DNA of 64,000 nucleotides from Armatimonadota bacterium (GCA_041690135.1 JAWLHY010000005.1:371261-435260); one strand, 5' to 3'. Positions 48,415-58,489 are shown, counted from the first letter of the stretch. The notes: a model not told the origin generated them from the letters alone. Numbers and translations are program-made.

Positions 48415-48630
48415 CTACTGGTCCCCTTTGCTATCCGTGGTGTCCGCGTCGCCCGAGCCGTCCGTGCCGTCCGCGTCCGTCCCGTCCGCGTCGCTACCGT
48501 CCTTACCGTCAGTGCTGTCCGCATCGGTGCCGTCCGCATCCCACGCCGCGTACGGCCGGGCGCCGGGAAGCACCGCGCTGTTCACGCGCGTCACGATGAT
48601 GTCGTCGTCGGTGAGAGTATGAGAGGGCAT
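48415..48630 (-). CDS. 71-aa Asp/Gly-rich repeat peptide, putative RiPP precursor
   Basis: GGAG RBS. 30-aa leader-like part with LTDDDI, then a 41-aa core containing 15 Asp and five DADxT units. First gene of the operon. Confidence 0.8.
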   Translation of the reverse strand: MPSHTLTDDDIIVTRVNSAVLPGARPYAAWDADGTDADSTDGKDGSDADGTDADGTDGSGDADTTDSKGDQ

Positions 48631-48978
48631 CCGAGGTTCTCCTGGGCTTGAGCGTTCAACCGCCCGTGTGTCTCTTGTAGACTACCCCGGCTAACTGGGT
48701 CCATAAAAGCGACTTTTCGCGCCGCGAGACCCGACTCGTCGTTTCATCGGGCACTCCAACGTAGGGCATGAGACAGACCCGACTAGGGCCACCCCCACCC
48801 GGTCATCGGAGTTTGGCGCATCGCCGCGGCGGGGAACTACGCCCTGGAACCGGAGCAGGTTTCCGCACAACCGCGGAGTTGAGTCGGATCCAAATGGGTT
48901 CAGGGGCTGAAGACAACACGTTTCCCTGTTAGGCCTCGCACCAGCCGTCTCCACTACTTGCACGAAAGAGGGCGAACC

Positions 48979-49923
48979 ATGGTCTGGGTTCCCGGCGGCA
49001 CGTTCGTGATGGGATCGAACGATTTCTATCCCGAAGAGCGGCCTGCCCACCGGGTGACCGTGGACGGCTTCTGGATGGATGAGCATCCGGTGACGAACGC
49101 CGAGTTTCGACGGTTTATCGCCGCCACCGGATACGTCACCGTGGCGGAAAGGCCACCGGACCCCGAACATTATCCAAGCGCCGACCCGGCATTGTTAGTG
49201 GCCGGCTCTCTCGTTTTCCGGCGACCGCCCGCGCGTGTCGGCCTGCGAGATTTCCGCAACTGGTGGGTCTACGTGCCCGATGCTTGCTGGAGACACCCGC
49301 AGGGGCCCGGAAGCACCCTGGAAGGTTACGACCTCCACCCCGTAACGCAGGTGGCTTACGAAGACGCGGAGGCCTACGCGTACTGGGCCGGCAAGGCCCT
49401 GCCGACGGAGGCGGAGTGGGAATTCGCGGCCCGAGGGGGGCTGGAAGAGGCGGATTTCGTCTGGGGGCATGAGCATGCGCCGGAAGGTCGCATGCTTGCC
49501 AACACATGGCAGGGCGAGTTTCCCTGGCAGAACCTCAACCTCGACGGGTACGCGGGCACCTCGCCGGCCGGCGCTTTCCCCCCGAACGGGTACGGGCTGT
49601 ACGACATGGCCGGCAACGTGTGGGAGTGGACCAGCGACATTTTCACGCCGCGCCACCCGGCGGAAGTCTCGAAGCCGTGCTGCATCCCCCGCAACCCGCG
49701 GGTCGAGGCGGCGGAGCGGGACCCGGCGCCGGGGGCGACCGGGGGCGCCGTCCTGCGCCGGGTGCTTAAGGGTGGATCGCATCTCTGCTCGCCCAACTAC
49801 TGTCTGCGCTACCGGCCGGCGGCGCGTCAGGGAGAAGCGGTGGATACCTCGGCATGCCACATCGGCTTCCGCTGCATCGTGCGATCGGACGTGGCAGCAG
49901 CCAGGAGCGGAGGTGCGAGCTGA
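48979..49923 (+). CDS. formylglycine-generating enzyme (sulfatase-modifying factor)
   Basis: FVMGS..YPEE.PAH, LPTEAEWEFAARGG, DMAGNVWEW, KGGSHLCSPNYCLRYRPAAR, IGFRC. Confidence 0.92.
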   Translation: MVWVPGGTFVMGSNDFYPEERPAHRVTVDGFWMDEHPVTNAEFRRFIAATGYVTVAERPPDPEHYPSADPALLVAGSLVFRRPPARVGLRDFRNWWVYVPDACWRHPQGPGSTLEGYDLHPVTQVAYEDAEAYAYWAGKALPTEAEWEFAARGGLEEADFVWGHEHAPEGRMLANTWQGEFPWQNLNLDGYAGTSPAGAFPPNGYGLYDMAGNVWEWTSDIFTPRHPAEVSKPCCIPRNPRVEAAERDPAPGATGGAVLRRVLKGGSHLCSPNYCLRYRPAARQGEAVDTSACHIGFRCIVRSDVAAARSGGAS

Positions 49924-49927
49924 ACCC

Positions 49928-50830
49928 ATGGTTGAGCTTCTGGCCCCTCTGCTGAACCTCTCGATCCAGGTCTTCGCCGTGAGCAGCATGCTGGCGGTCG
50001 GCCTCAACTACACGGTCCGCCAGATCATCGACCCCCTTCGGGACGTGCGCGGGGTGATCCTGGCGCTTTTCGCCAACTTCGTGGCGGTTCCGCTGCTGGC
50101 GTACGCGGTGGCGCGCTGGCTCTCGCTCGACCGGTCCATGGAACTGGGCCTGGTCCTGGTGGCGTTTGCCGCGGGAGCGCCGTTCGTGATCAAACTGGTG
50201 CAGTTGGCCGGTGGCACCGTGGCGTTCAGTTCCGGCCTGCTCGTCCTCCTGCTGCTGGTCACCATCCCCTATCTGCCCCTGGTAATGCCGCTAGCCATCC
50301 CGGACGCTACGGTCCACCCGGCCGGCATCGCCCGGCCGCTCCTACTAACGATGCTTCTGCCGCTCGGCGCCGGCCTGCTCGTCAAGGCGATGTCCCCCGG
50401 CTGGGCCGGGCGCCTGCAGCCGCTTCTGGGGAAGATCGCCAACGTGACGCTGGTGTTACTGCTGGCTCTGACCTTCATTGTCCATCTCCCTGCCATCCTG
50501 AGCGTCTTCGGGACCGGCGCCATCCTGGCCGCGCTGCTCGTCCTCGCCGGCTCCTTCGCCCTGGGCTACCTGTTCGGAGGCTTCGGAGAGCACCTACGCG
50601 ACGAGATGGCCCTGGTCACCGCCCAGCGCAACTTTGCGGCGGCCCTGGTCGTGGCGGAGAGCCTCAACGACCCGGAGACGGTGGTGATGGTCGCGGTGGT
50701 CTCGGCGGTTTCGATCGCGCTCCTTTTTCCGCTGGCGGGAGCCATGGGCAGGCGGGTCGCAACCACGTCCGCACCAGAGAAGGAAAGTTCGAGAGCACCG
50801 CGACTGGGGCGTAGACGAGCGGCCTCGTGA
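49928..50830 (+). CDS. bile acid:sodium symporter family transporter
   Basis: SSMLAVGL, LFANFVAVPLLA, AAGAPF, AQRNFAAALVVA; multiple TM segments. Confidence 0.85.
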   Translation: MVELLAPLLNLSIQVFAVSSMLAVGLNYTVRQIIDPLRDVRGVILALFANFVAVPLLAYAVARWLSLDRSMELGLVLVAFAAGAPFVIKLVQLAGGTVAFSSGLLVLLLLVTIPYLPLVMPLAIPDATVHPAGIARPLLLTMLLPLGAGLLVKAMSPGWAGRLQPLLGKIANVTLVLLLALTFIVHLPAILSVFGTGAILAALLVLAGSFALGYLFGGFGEHLRDEMALVTAQRNFAAALVVAESLNDPETVVMVAVVSAVSIALLFPLAGAMGRRVATTSAPEKESSRAPRLGRRRAAS

Positions 50831-50866
50831 CCCAGACGCCGACTCTTCCCAAGACACGCAACTCAA

Positions 50867-52579
50867 ATGGAGGACCCGATGGCCAACCATCAGAACGGCA
50901 CACCCGCCGCGGAGCGGCCGAACATCCTGATCCTGTGCATGGACCAGTGGGATACCCACATGCAGGTGCCCGAGGAAGTGCGGTTTCCCGCAATGGAGCG
51001 GCTGGAGGCGCAGGGGGTCTCCTTCGACCGGCACTACTGCACCGTCCCGATCTGCACTCCTTCGCGGGCGGCGATGTGGACGGGAGTCCATGCCCGGCAC
51101 ACCGGGCTTTGGGATAACACCAACTACGCCTGGATCGACGAGCTGTCCCACGAGTTCCCCACCCTCGGACAGATGCTCCGCGAGCAGGGTTACTACACCG
51201 CCTTCAAGGGCAAATGGCACCTGTCGGCGGTCCCCCGCAGTGAGGACGCACTGGAGCGCTACGGCTTCGCGGACTTTCAACAGTGGGGCGAGATGTTCGG
51301 GGCACCGCTCCAGGGAGAGCAACTCGACGGCGTCGCCGCGTTTGAGACGATCGACTGGCTCGAGCACCGGGCGCAGCAACTCGACCAGCCGTGGCTATTG
51401 GTGTGCAGCCTGGTGAATCCGCACGACGTGATGTTCCTGCAAACCGACCCGATGCAGGAGCCCCATCCAAATGGTATGATCACGGGCCTCCATTCAACCG
51501 TCCAGCAGTTAGGCTGGTTTCAGCAGGAGTGGGAGGTGACGCTGCCGGGCAACTTCGCGGACGACTACCGGTTGCAGGCGCCGGGCGTGCGGCACTTCAA
51601 AGACTATGTGGACCTCCATTTCGGGCGCATTCCCGACGAGCGCGCGGACCTCTGGCTCAAGCACCGCAACTACCTCATCAACTGCATGCGCCTGGTGGAC
51701 GCGCAGTTCGCGAAGGTGCTGGACGCGCTGGATCGCCTGGACCTCTGGGAAAACACCGTCGTCATCTTTACCAGCGACCACGGAGAGATGAACGGCGCCC
51801 ACCGAATGACCCAGAAGGGCGGCATTCCCTTTGACGAAGCGGCCGTCGTTAACCTGTCCGTCTGCGCGCCGGGTGGCCCGCGGGGCCGGCGCACCGGTGC
51901 AGTGGGCTCCCACCTCGACCTCGCGCCAACCTTACTGGAGTTTGCCGGCCTCGGCGAGCAGGAGATCCGGGAGCGCTACCCGCACCTGAAGGGCCGCAGT
52001 CTGAAAAGCGTGATCCTCGCCCCGGACCAGGACGGTCCCCGCGGAAGCATGACATCACCCGGCGATGGAGCGTTGCTCTGCTGGGACGGGCTGCACGCGC
52101 TGGACCACGAATGGGCGGTCACCGGCGCGCTCCGGGAGCTCACGGACATGAGCCTGCAAGAAGCCGAGCCCGCAGTCCACCGGGAGGCGCACCGACGAGA
52201 CCGGCTGCAGGCGGCCGGGAAGAAGTATGGCGCCCCCGACTTCCGCAAACGCACGTTCTTCCGCGCCGTGGTGGACGGGCAGTACAAGCTGGTCCGTTGG
52301 TTTAGCCCGGAGGAATACGGCAACCCCTCCACCCTGGAAGAGTTGTTCGCGCGGGGGGATGTAACGCTCCACGATTTGGAAACCGACCCCGGCGAGTTGG
52401 AGAACCTGGGGCATCCCGATCACCCGGCTTACGACCCGGTGCTGGTAGAGCGGATGCTGGCCAAACTGCACGCCCTCGTCCAGGAAGAGCTCGGTGAAGA
52501 CCGTGCACCCTTTGACCTGGACCTGTTCGGCACCCGTGAAGTGAAGTACCGCCAGGGGGAACGGCGCCGGGCAGCGTGA
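50867..52579 (+). CDS. Cys-type sulfatase
   Basis: RPNILILCMDQ, CTPSRAAMWTG, KGKWHLS, NPHD, FTSDHGEM. The start may be ATG 50879. Confidence 0.92.
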   Translation: MEDPMANHQNGTPAAERPNILILCMDQWDTHMQVPEEVRFPAMERLEAQGVSFDRHYCTVPICTPSRAAMWTGVHARHTGLWDNTNYAWIDELSHEFPTLGQMLREQGYYTAFKGKWHLSAVPRSEDALERYGFADFQQWGEMFGAPLQGEQLDGVAAFETIDWLEHRAQQLDQPWLLVCSLVNPHDVMFLQTDPMQEPHPNGMITGLHSTVQQLGWFQQEWEVTLPGNFADDYRLQAPGVRHFKDYVDLHFGRIPDERADLWLKHRNYLINCMRLVDAQFAKVLDALDRLDLWENTVVIFTSDHGEMNGAHRMTQKGGIPFDEAAVVNLSVCAPGGPRGRRTGAVGSHLDLAPTLLEFAGLGEQEIRERYPHLKGRSLKSVILAPDQDGPRGSMTSPGDGALLCWDGLHALDHEWAVTGALRELTDMSLQEAEPAVHREAHRRDRLQAAGKKYGAPDFRKRTFFRAVVDGQYKLVRWFSPEEYGNPSTLEELFARGDVTLHDLETDPGELENLGHPDHPAYDPVLVERMLAKLHALVQEELGEDRAPFDLDLFGTREVKYRQGERRRAA

Positions 52580-52656
52580 GGCCGGAGGACACCGATGGAC
52601 CTGGACAACAAGCCCACTCCCCCTTAAGCCAATGATGGGCGCGGAAAAGCCGTTGC

Positions 52657-54501
52657 ATGGAGAGGACGCAAACATCTGAGGAAGCGCCCGAGGTCAACCA
52701 GCCGGGCCTGGGCGAACTGCGCGCGGCCGTGGCGACCCAACTGCGGCGGAGCCTGCCCAGCCAGGCCACCCTCGTACAGGACGGGATCGCCGGGTTGAAC
52801 AGCGCCATCAGCAACGTACCCGACGGTATGGCGAATGCGGTCGTGGTGGGCGTCAGTCCGGCTTACGGGTTGTACGCCACCATGCTGGGGCCGGCGGTGG
52901 GCGGCATTTTCTCCAGCACCCGGCTGATGATGATTACTACCACCGCTGCAGCCTCATTGGCGACCAGCCAGGCGCTGGCCGGCCGCACGGGGGAGGCGCG
53001 CGCCGAGGCGCTGTTCCTGCTCGTGGTGCTGATCGGCGCGTTGCAGATCCTGTTCGGGTTACTGCGGCTGGGGCGGCTGATCCGGTTCGTCTCGTACTCG
53101 GTAATGACCGGCTTTCTCACCGGCGTTTCGGTGCTGTTGATCCTGAGCCAACTCCCCACGATCACCGGCTACACGGCGGTCGGGAGCACCCGTATCGCGC
53201 AGACGCTCGACCTGTTGGCAAACCTGGACGAGGTTAATCTCCCGACCGTGGGGCTAGCAACCCTAACGCTGGCGCTCGCCATCGTCCTCCCCCGGACACG
53301 GCTGGGCAACCTGGGGAGGCTTGTAGCTGTCGTGGTCCCATCGGTCCTCGTGGCACTGTTGGGCCTGCGGAACGTCGAGACCGTCCGAGACGCGGGAGAG
53401 GTCCCGCAGGGTTTCCCACTGCCGGCCCTACCGGTGCTGTCGAACGTAACGTTCGACCTGCTCACCGGGGCGCTGGCCGTCGCCACGATCATCCTGGTGC
53501 AGGGCGCGGGGGTCAGCCAGAGCGTGCCGAACCCGGACGGTTCTCGCAGCAGCATCTCTCGCGACTTTCTCGCGGAAGGCGCGGCGAACGTCGCGTCGGG
53601 GCTCTTCCGGGGCCTGCCCGTGGGAGGCTCACTCAGCGCGACGGCGCTGAACGTGCTCTACGGAGCAGGCAGCTGTTGGGCCGTCATCCTTGCGGGAGTG
53701 TGGATGGCGCTGATCGTGGTGGCGCTGCCCGGCCTGGTTTCCTATACGGCGATGCCTGCCCTGGGAGCGCTGCTTATCCTGGCCGGAGCGAGCAGCATCA
53801 AACCGGGCGAACTACTCGCCATCTGGTACGTCGGCTGGGCGTCTCGGGTAGCTGCCGTCACCACGTTCCTCGCGATGCTCTTCCTGCCGATCCAGGCGGC
53901 GGTAGGCATCGGGGTCGCGCTCTCCGCCCTGCTCTACCTCTATGCGTCCTCTACTGATATCTCACTGGTGGAGTTGGTGGAGCGTCCCGATGGGCGGGTC
54001 GAGGAGCGCCCGCCGCCCCGGCAACTGCCGTCACGGCAAGTAACGGTGCTCGATGTCTACGGGCATCTGTTTTACGCGGGCGCCCGGACGCTGGAGCGGC
54101 TACTGCCGAGGCCCCAGGGTGCGGAGAGCCCGGTGGTGGTGCTGCGGCTGCGAGGCCGGACCGCCTTCGGAGCCACCCTGATCGATGCACTGGCCGAGTA
54201 TGCGGAGCGGCTCGAGGAGGTGGAGGGTCGATTGTACCTCACCGGGCTCAGCGAAGAGGCCGACGAGCAGCTCGTCCGCACGGGCAAACTGAGCCTGACC
54301 GGTCCCGTCCGCGACTTCCGAGCCACCCCGATCGTGGGCGAGTCGACCCGCGAGGCGGTCGCCGAGGCGCGAATGTGGCTGGTCGACCAGAACCCAGCGG
54401 ACCTCGAAGCAGATGTTCGGTCCGTCCAGCCTCAACCCGGAGCCGCTCCTGCGGTTGAGGGGGAGCAGGACAGGTCACGCAGTGGAGAGGTGGGACCATG
54501 A
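52657..54501 (+). CDS. SulP family anion transporter with STAS domain
   Basis: PDGMANA..PAYGLYA, LGRLIRFVSYSVMTGF, GAANVASG..PVGGSLS, DVYGHLFYAGA. Confidence 0.9.
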   Translation: MERTQTSEEAPEVNQPGLGELRAAVATQLRRSLPSQATLVQDGIAGLNSAISNVPDGMANAVVVGVSPAYGLYATMLGPAVGGIFSSTRLMMITTTAAASLATSQALAGRTGEARAEALFLLVVLIGALQILFGLLRLGRLIRFVSYSVMTGFLTGVSVLLILSQLPTITGYTAVGSTRIAQTLDLLANLDEVNLPTVGLATLTLALAIVLPRTRLGNLGRLVAVVVPSVLVALLGLRNVETVRDAGEVPQGFPLPALPVLSNVTFDLLTGALAVATIILVQGAGVSQSVPNPDGSRSSISRDFLAEGAANVASGLFRGLPVGGSLSATALNVLYGAGSCWAVILAGVWMALIVVALPGLVSYTAMPALGALLILAGASSIKPGELLAIWYVGWASRVAAVTTFLAMLFLPIQAAVGIGVALSALLYLYASSTDISLVELVERPDGRVEERPPPRQLPSRQVTVLDVYGHLFYAGARTLERLLPRPQGAESPVVVLRLRGRTAFGATLIDALAEYAERLEEVEGRLYLTGLSEEADEQLVRTGKLSLTGPVRDFRATPIVGESTREAVAEARMWLVDQNPADLEADVRSVQPQPGAAPAVEGEQDRSRSGEVGP

Positions 54502-54519
54502 GCGGGCCGCAGCCCGGCA

Positions 54520-54915
54520 CCAGGCCCGCAGGCCGGGGTGCTCGGCGGGGTCTGGATGCTCCTGTTTGTCCTGCTGGTGCCCGGTTTGGTGGCCCAGGTG
54601 CCGATCTCGGTGCTCGCGGCGCTGATGATCGTGGCCGGCGTCAGCGCCATCGATGTGGGCGAAGCTCGCGCCATCTGGAACACGGGCTGGCCCTCCCGCC
54701 TCGCCATCGGCATCACCTTCCTGGCCACGCTGTTCCTCCCGATCCAGGCGGCGGTAGGCCTCGGGGTCGTCCTCTCCGCTCTCCTCTACCTGTACACGGC
54801 CTCCTCCGAGGTCTCGCTGGTCCGGTTGCGGGAGCGGCCCGACGGGCAGATCGAAGTGGTCCCCCCGCCGGAGAGGCTACCCTCCGATGCGGTAACGGTG
54901 CTCGAAATCCACGGC
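54520..54915 (+). pseudogene. internal fragment of a second SulP paralog
   Basis: FLATLFLPIQAAVGLGVVLSALLYLY..ERPDG..VTVLEIHG parallels the upstream SulP. Both ends are missing. Confidence 0.8.
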
Positions 54916-55084
54916 CCCAAGCCAGAGCGAGTAGGGGCAGGTGGGTCCGGTTCAACCCGTGTTCTGTCGTTTGAGCCGGGATTCCACAGGGTATGGGGAG
55001 CTGGATTACATCTCGCGGTGCTGCCCCGAGACCCCTGGTGTTCGGCGGTCTCCGGCGGAAGCCGGTCGCCCGGAGGAGTTCGAC

Positions 55085-56320
55085 ATGCGTTCCTCTCTCC
55101 CACACTTCATCGCTGTCGCCGCCGCGGTTCCCCTCACCCTACTCACGCTGCTTCCGGCGGCGCACGGGCAAAGACGAGATCCTGCACCGCCCGTTGTGAT
55201 TGCTTCCAGCGCCGGCGACCTCCGCGTAGAGCGCCTGGCGACCCTTGAATATCCCTGGGGAATGGCCCGCCTGCCGGACGGAAGGCTGCTGATCACCGAG
55301 AAACCCGGGCGGCTGCGGATCTGGGAGGAAGGCCGGCTGTCCCAGCCCGTCCAGGGGGTGCCGCAGGTCGTCTACCGCGGCACCCGGGCGGAACAGGGCG
55401 GCCTGCTGGACGTCGAGATCGACCCCGACTTTCCGCGGAACCGGCTTGTCTATCTCTCTTACTCGGAGGCGGCGGAGAGGCAGCCCTCGGGCGCCGCGGA
55501 GACGGGCGATGTGCGGTTCGGCGATGCGCTGGACATGTCGGACAACCTCGTGAGAGGCGGGGCCGTTGCACGAGGCCGATTGGAGGGAAACCGGCTGCGC
55601 GACGTACGGGTGATTTGGCGTCAGGTGCCCAAGACGCTGGGCCGGGGCCACTTCGGAAATCGCCTGATCTTCGCGCCGGATGGTAAGCTGTTCATCACCT
55701 CCGGCGAGCGGATGCGCTTCGACCCGGCGCAGAGTCTCGATTCTAACCTGGGCAAGGTCGTCCGGATCAACCCGGACGGTTCGACTCCAATGGACAACCC
55801 CTTCGTCGGTCGGGAGGGGGCGCGAGGCGACATCTGGAGCTATGGCCATCGCAATATCCTCTCCGCCGCCTTCGATCCTTCCGGCCGGCTTTGGGCCTTC
55901 GAGATGGGGCCACTTGGCGGCGACGAGGTCAACCTAGTCCAGCGCGGTCGCAACTACGGCTGGCCCCTGGTCAGCAACGGCGACAACTACGCCGGCCCCT
56001 CCATCCCGGATCACCCTACGCGAAAGGAGTTCCAGGAGCCGGTGCGCTCGTGGACCCCGGTGGTTTCCCCCTCCGGTGCCGCCTTCTATCGCGGCTCACT
56101 CTTTCCCGGGTGGCGCGGCAGTGTGCTGGTCGGTGGCCTGTCCTCCCAGGCCCTGGTTCGCGTTGCTCTAGCCGGCGACCGTGTGGCCGTGGAAGAGCGG
56201 ATAGACTTGCGGCGGCGAATCCGGGACGTGCTTGAGACGCCGGACGGTGCTATTCTGCTCATCGTGGATGATCGCAGCGGCGACCTGTTGCGCTTGACTC
56301 CGGCCCGGTCGCGGCGCTGA
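55085..56320 (+). CDS. PQQ-dependent soluble aldose sugar dehydrogenase family protein
   Basis: LEYPWGMA.LPDG.LLITEKPGRL, QGGLLDV, HFGNR, WSYGHRN, GGDEVN..GRNYGWP, RIRDV. Confidence 0.9.
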   Translation: MRSSLPHFIAVAAAVPLTLLTLLPAAHGQRRDPAPPVVIASSAGDLRVERLATLEYPWGMARLPDGRLLITEKPGRLRIWEEGRLSQPVQGVPQVVYRGTRAEQGGLLDVEIDPDFPRNRLVYLSYSEAAERQPSGAAETGDVRFGDALDMSDNLVRGGAVARGRLEGNRLRDVRVIWRQVPKTLGRGHFGNRLIFAPDGKLFITSGERMRFDPAQSLDSNLGKVVRINPDGSTPMDNPFVGREGARGDIWSYGHRNILSAAFDPSGRLWAFEMGPLGGDEVNLVQRGRNYGWPLVSNGDNYAGPSIPDHPTRKEFQEPVRSWTPVVSPSGAAFYRGSLFPGWRGSVLVGGLSSQALVRVALAGDRVAVEERIDLRRRIRDVLETPDGAILLIVDDRSGDLLRLTPARSRR

Positions 56321-56356
56321 GCCCCGCGCCCCCTGCAGTGGAGGTGGACACGGAGC

Positions 56357-56938
56357 ATGGTCCAACTGGTCTGGGATTCGCTGGGCGCCTTGCTGGGCCT
56401 CACCGGCGAGATCGAGGACGTTAACGCCCTCCAGATGGCGCTGCGAGCCGTCACGATCTATGCCTTTACCCTGACGATCGTGCGCCTCGGCAGCAAGCGG
56501 TTCCTGGGCAAGGCGACGGCCTTTGACATCATCGTAGGGATCATGATCGGTTCCGTCATGAGCCGGGCGATCAACGGTTCGGCCCCCTTCTTCCCCACCC
56601 TAGCCGCCGGCGCGGCGATGATCGGGCTCCACTGGATCTTCGCGGGACTGGCGTTCCACACGAGTTGGTTCGGCACGCTCGTTAAGGGAAACCCGGTCTT
56701 ACTGATCCGGGATGGCGAAATACAGCAGGAGGGGATGCAACGGGCGAACCTCTCCGAAAACGATTTGGCGGAGGCACTTCGGTTGCAAGCCAATCTCACG
56801 GACCCATCGAAAGTCCGCCTTGCCTACCTGGAGCGAGACGGCAGCATTAGCGTCATCCCGGCCGGGCGGGAGCTACATGTCCTCGATGTGTCCGTCGAGG
56901 AAGGGGTACAAACGGTAAGGGTCGAGTTCGAGCGATGA
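56357..56938 (+). CDS. DUF421 (YetF) membrane protein
   Basis: RLGSKR..TAFD..IMIGS, LVKGNPVLLIRDG, AYLERDGSISVIP. Confidence 0.88.
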   Translation: MVQLVWDSLGALLGLTGEIEDVNALQMALRAVTIYAFTLTIVRLGSKRFLGKATAFDIIVGIMIGSVMSRAINGSAPFFPTLAAGAAMIGLHWIFAGLAFHTSWFGTLVKGNPVLLIRDGEIQQEGMQRANLSENDLAEALRLQANLTDPSKVRLAYLERDGSISVIPAGRELHVLDVSVEEGVQTVRVEFER

Positions 56939-57110
56939 ATCCCTATCAGTGTTGGGCAATGCAGCTTGGCCGCCCTATCCCTATCCGTGAGTGGAAAGTG
57001 AAGCGAGCCAAACAGGCGATGGATGCGCGGGCAGCGATCAAAAGCAGCCTGGAGCCGGAACGTGCCGCCAGGACCCGGACTATTCTCTCACAAACCGTGC
57101 ACGTCTCCGT

Positions 57111-57809
57111 TCAGAGATCCCTCGGTCCCGTCGGGAGGTCCGGGATTGGGGATGAAGCTTCCGCCTCGTGGAACAGCGCTCGCAGGTCTAATGGCTTGGT
57201 GAACATCGCGATCCTGCCTTCCGGCGACCGCGGCCATTGCTCCCGAGGGCGGTCCCAGTAGAGCTCGATGCCGTTGCCGTCCGGATCGCTGAGGTAGAGA
57301 GCCTCGCTGACGCCGTGGTCGCTGGCGCCGTGCAGCGGGATGCCCGCGGCGAGGAGCCGCCGCAGCGCATAGGCCAGTTCGGTCCGCGAGGGGTAAAGGA
57401 TGGCGAAATGATAGAGGCCGGTGGTACCCGGTGGAGGCGGCGAGCCGCCCGCGCTCTCCCAGGTGTTCAACCCGATGTGGTGGTGATAGCCACCGGCGGA
57501 CACGAATGCAGCCTGCGAGCCGTACCGCTGGGTCAACTCGAAACCGAGCACGCCACAGTAGAAGGCGATCGCCCGCTCCAGGTCAGCCACTTTGAGGTGA
57601 ACGTGCCCGATGCAAACGCCCTTCGTGATCGGGCGCCGGACGGGGTCCTCACCGATCTCGCTCTTCCGGGCGACGGCCGGCGGATCCTTCGTTCCCAGCG
57701 TCCAACCCGGCGGGTCGCTCGCCGGAAAGGTTTCTTCCAGCGTCCGGTCGATCTCATCTTCCGTCGAATAAGTGTGGGGGGTGCCTGATGTGCTCATTGG
57801 GTTGCTCAT
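57111..57809 (-). CDS. VOC/glyoxalase family protein with N-terminal LEETFPASDPP extension
   Basis: IGHVHLKVADLERA, SAGGYHHHIGLNTW, DHGVSEALYLSDPDGNGIELY. Start is ATG 57809 or 57797. Confidence 0.85.
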   Translation of the reverse strand: MSNPMSTSGTPHTYSTEDEIDRTLEETFPASDPPGWTLGTKDPPAVARKSEIGEDPVRRPITKGVCIGHVHLKVADLERAIAFYCGVLGFELTQRYGSQAAFVSAGGYHHHIGLNTWESAGGSPPPPGTTGLYHFAILYPSRTELAYALRRLLAAGIPLHGASDHGVSEALYLSDPDGNGIELYWDRPREQWPRSPEGRIAMFTKPLDLRALFHEAEASSPIPDLPTGPRDL

Positions 57810-58489
57810 GGGGTCCGCATGGTGCCGGACGGAATGCAGATTCAGTACCCCGCTGCTTCCGGCCGCAAACTGCCCGCGTGCTTGGGGATCTTCCCTGGAC
57901 CCGCTCGAAAGGGATATGCGGAACTGTCTCACCGGACTGCAGGAGCACCGGTAATCCAGCGGGCGACCCCCCATCATCCCAGCAGGCCTCCAGTAAACCC
58001 ATGATGCTCCCGGTGAGCGCCGCCGCCCGATACCGGCGCGGATGCGACGGACTCCCATGTCCGCGACCTTGAATGTTGGCTGGGGTCTTTGTAGTGCGAA
58101 GGGGAAAGAGCCAGAACGCCAGCGCGACACGCAGCACGGACGGCGTCAGCAGCCAGGAGCGTTTAACTCCTCCGCACCAGGGGAAGAGGTCCCCGTCATT
58201 GCGCGGGAGCAGCCGGGTGAATTAAAGGCTCCCATGAGATCGAGAGCCGCGTTGACGACCGGGCTGCTTGCGGGAGTTGTGCTGAGGCCGCTCCAGCCCA
58301 GGTATTGCGTCAGATCCTGAAAGGCGGCGGCGTTGTAGCGGTGGCGGACCGGCTCGGACCGCAGATCGACGGAGCGCACAATCAGCTGATCGGGCCGCGG
58401 CTTCGCGTACTTCTTCGGCTCCATCGCCGGCGAAGGGAGTGGTATCCCTCGCTCCCTGGTATGGACCGGTCGCCAAGAAGGAGAATCCC

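Noticed and set aside
48979-54501. FGE/sulfatase cluster as part of the peptide-modification system
   Set aside because: It is divergently transcribed and self-contained (FGE activates the adjacent CxPSR sulfatase), and the peptide has no Cys or CxPxR motif. A link is not supported, though not excluded.
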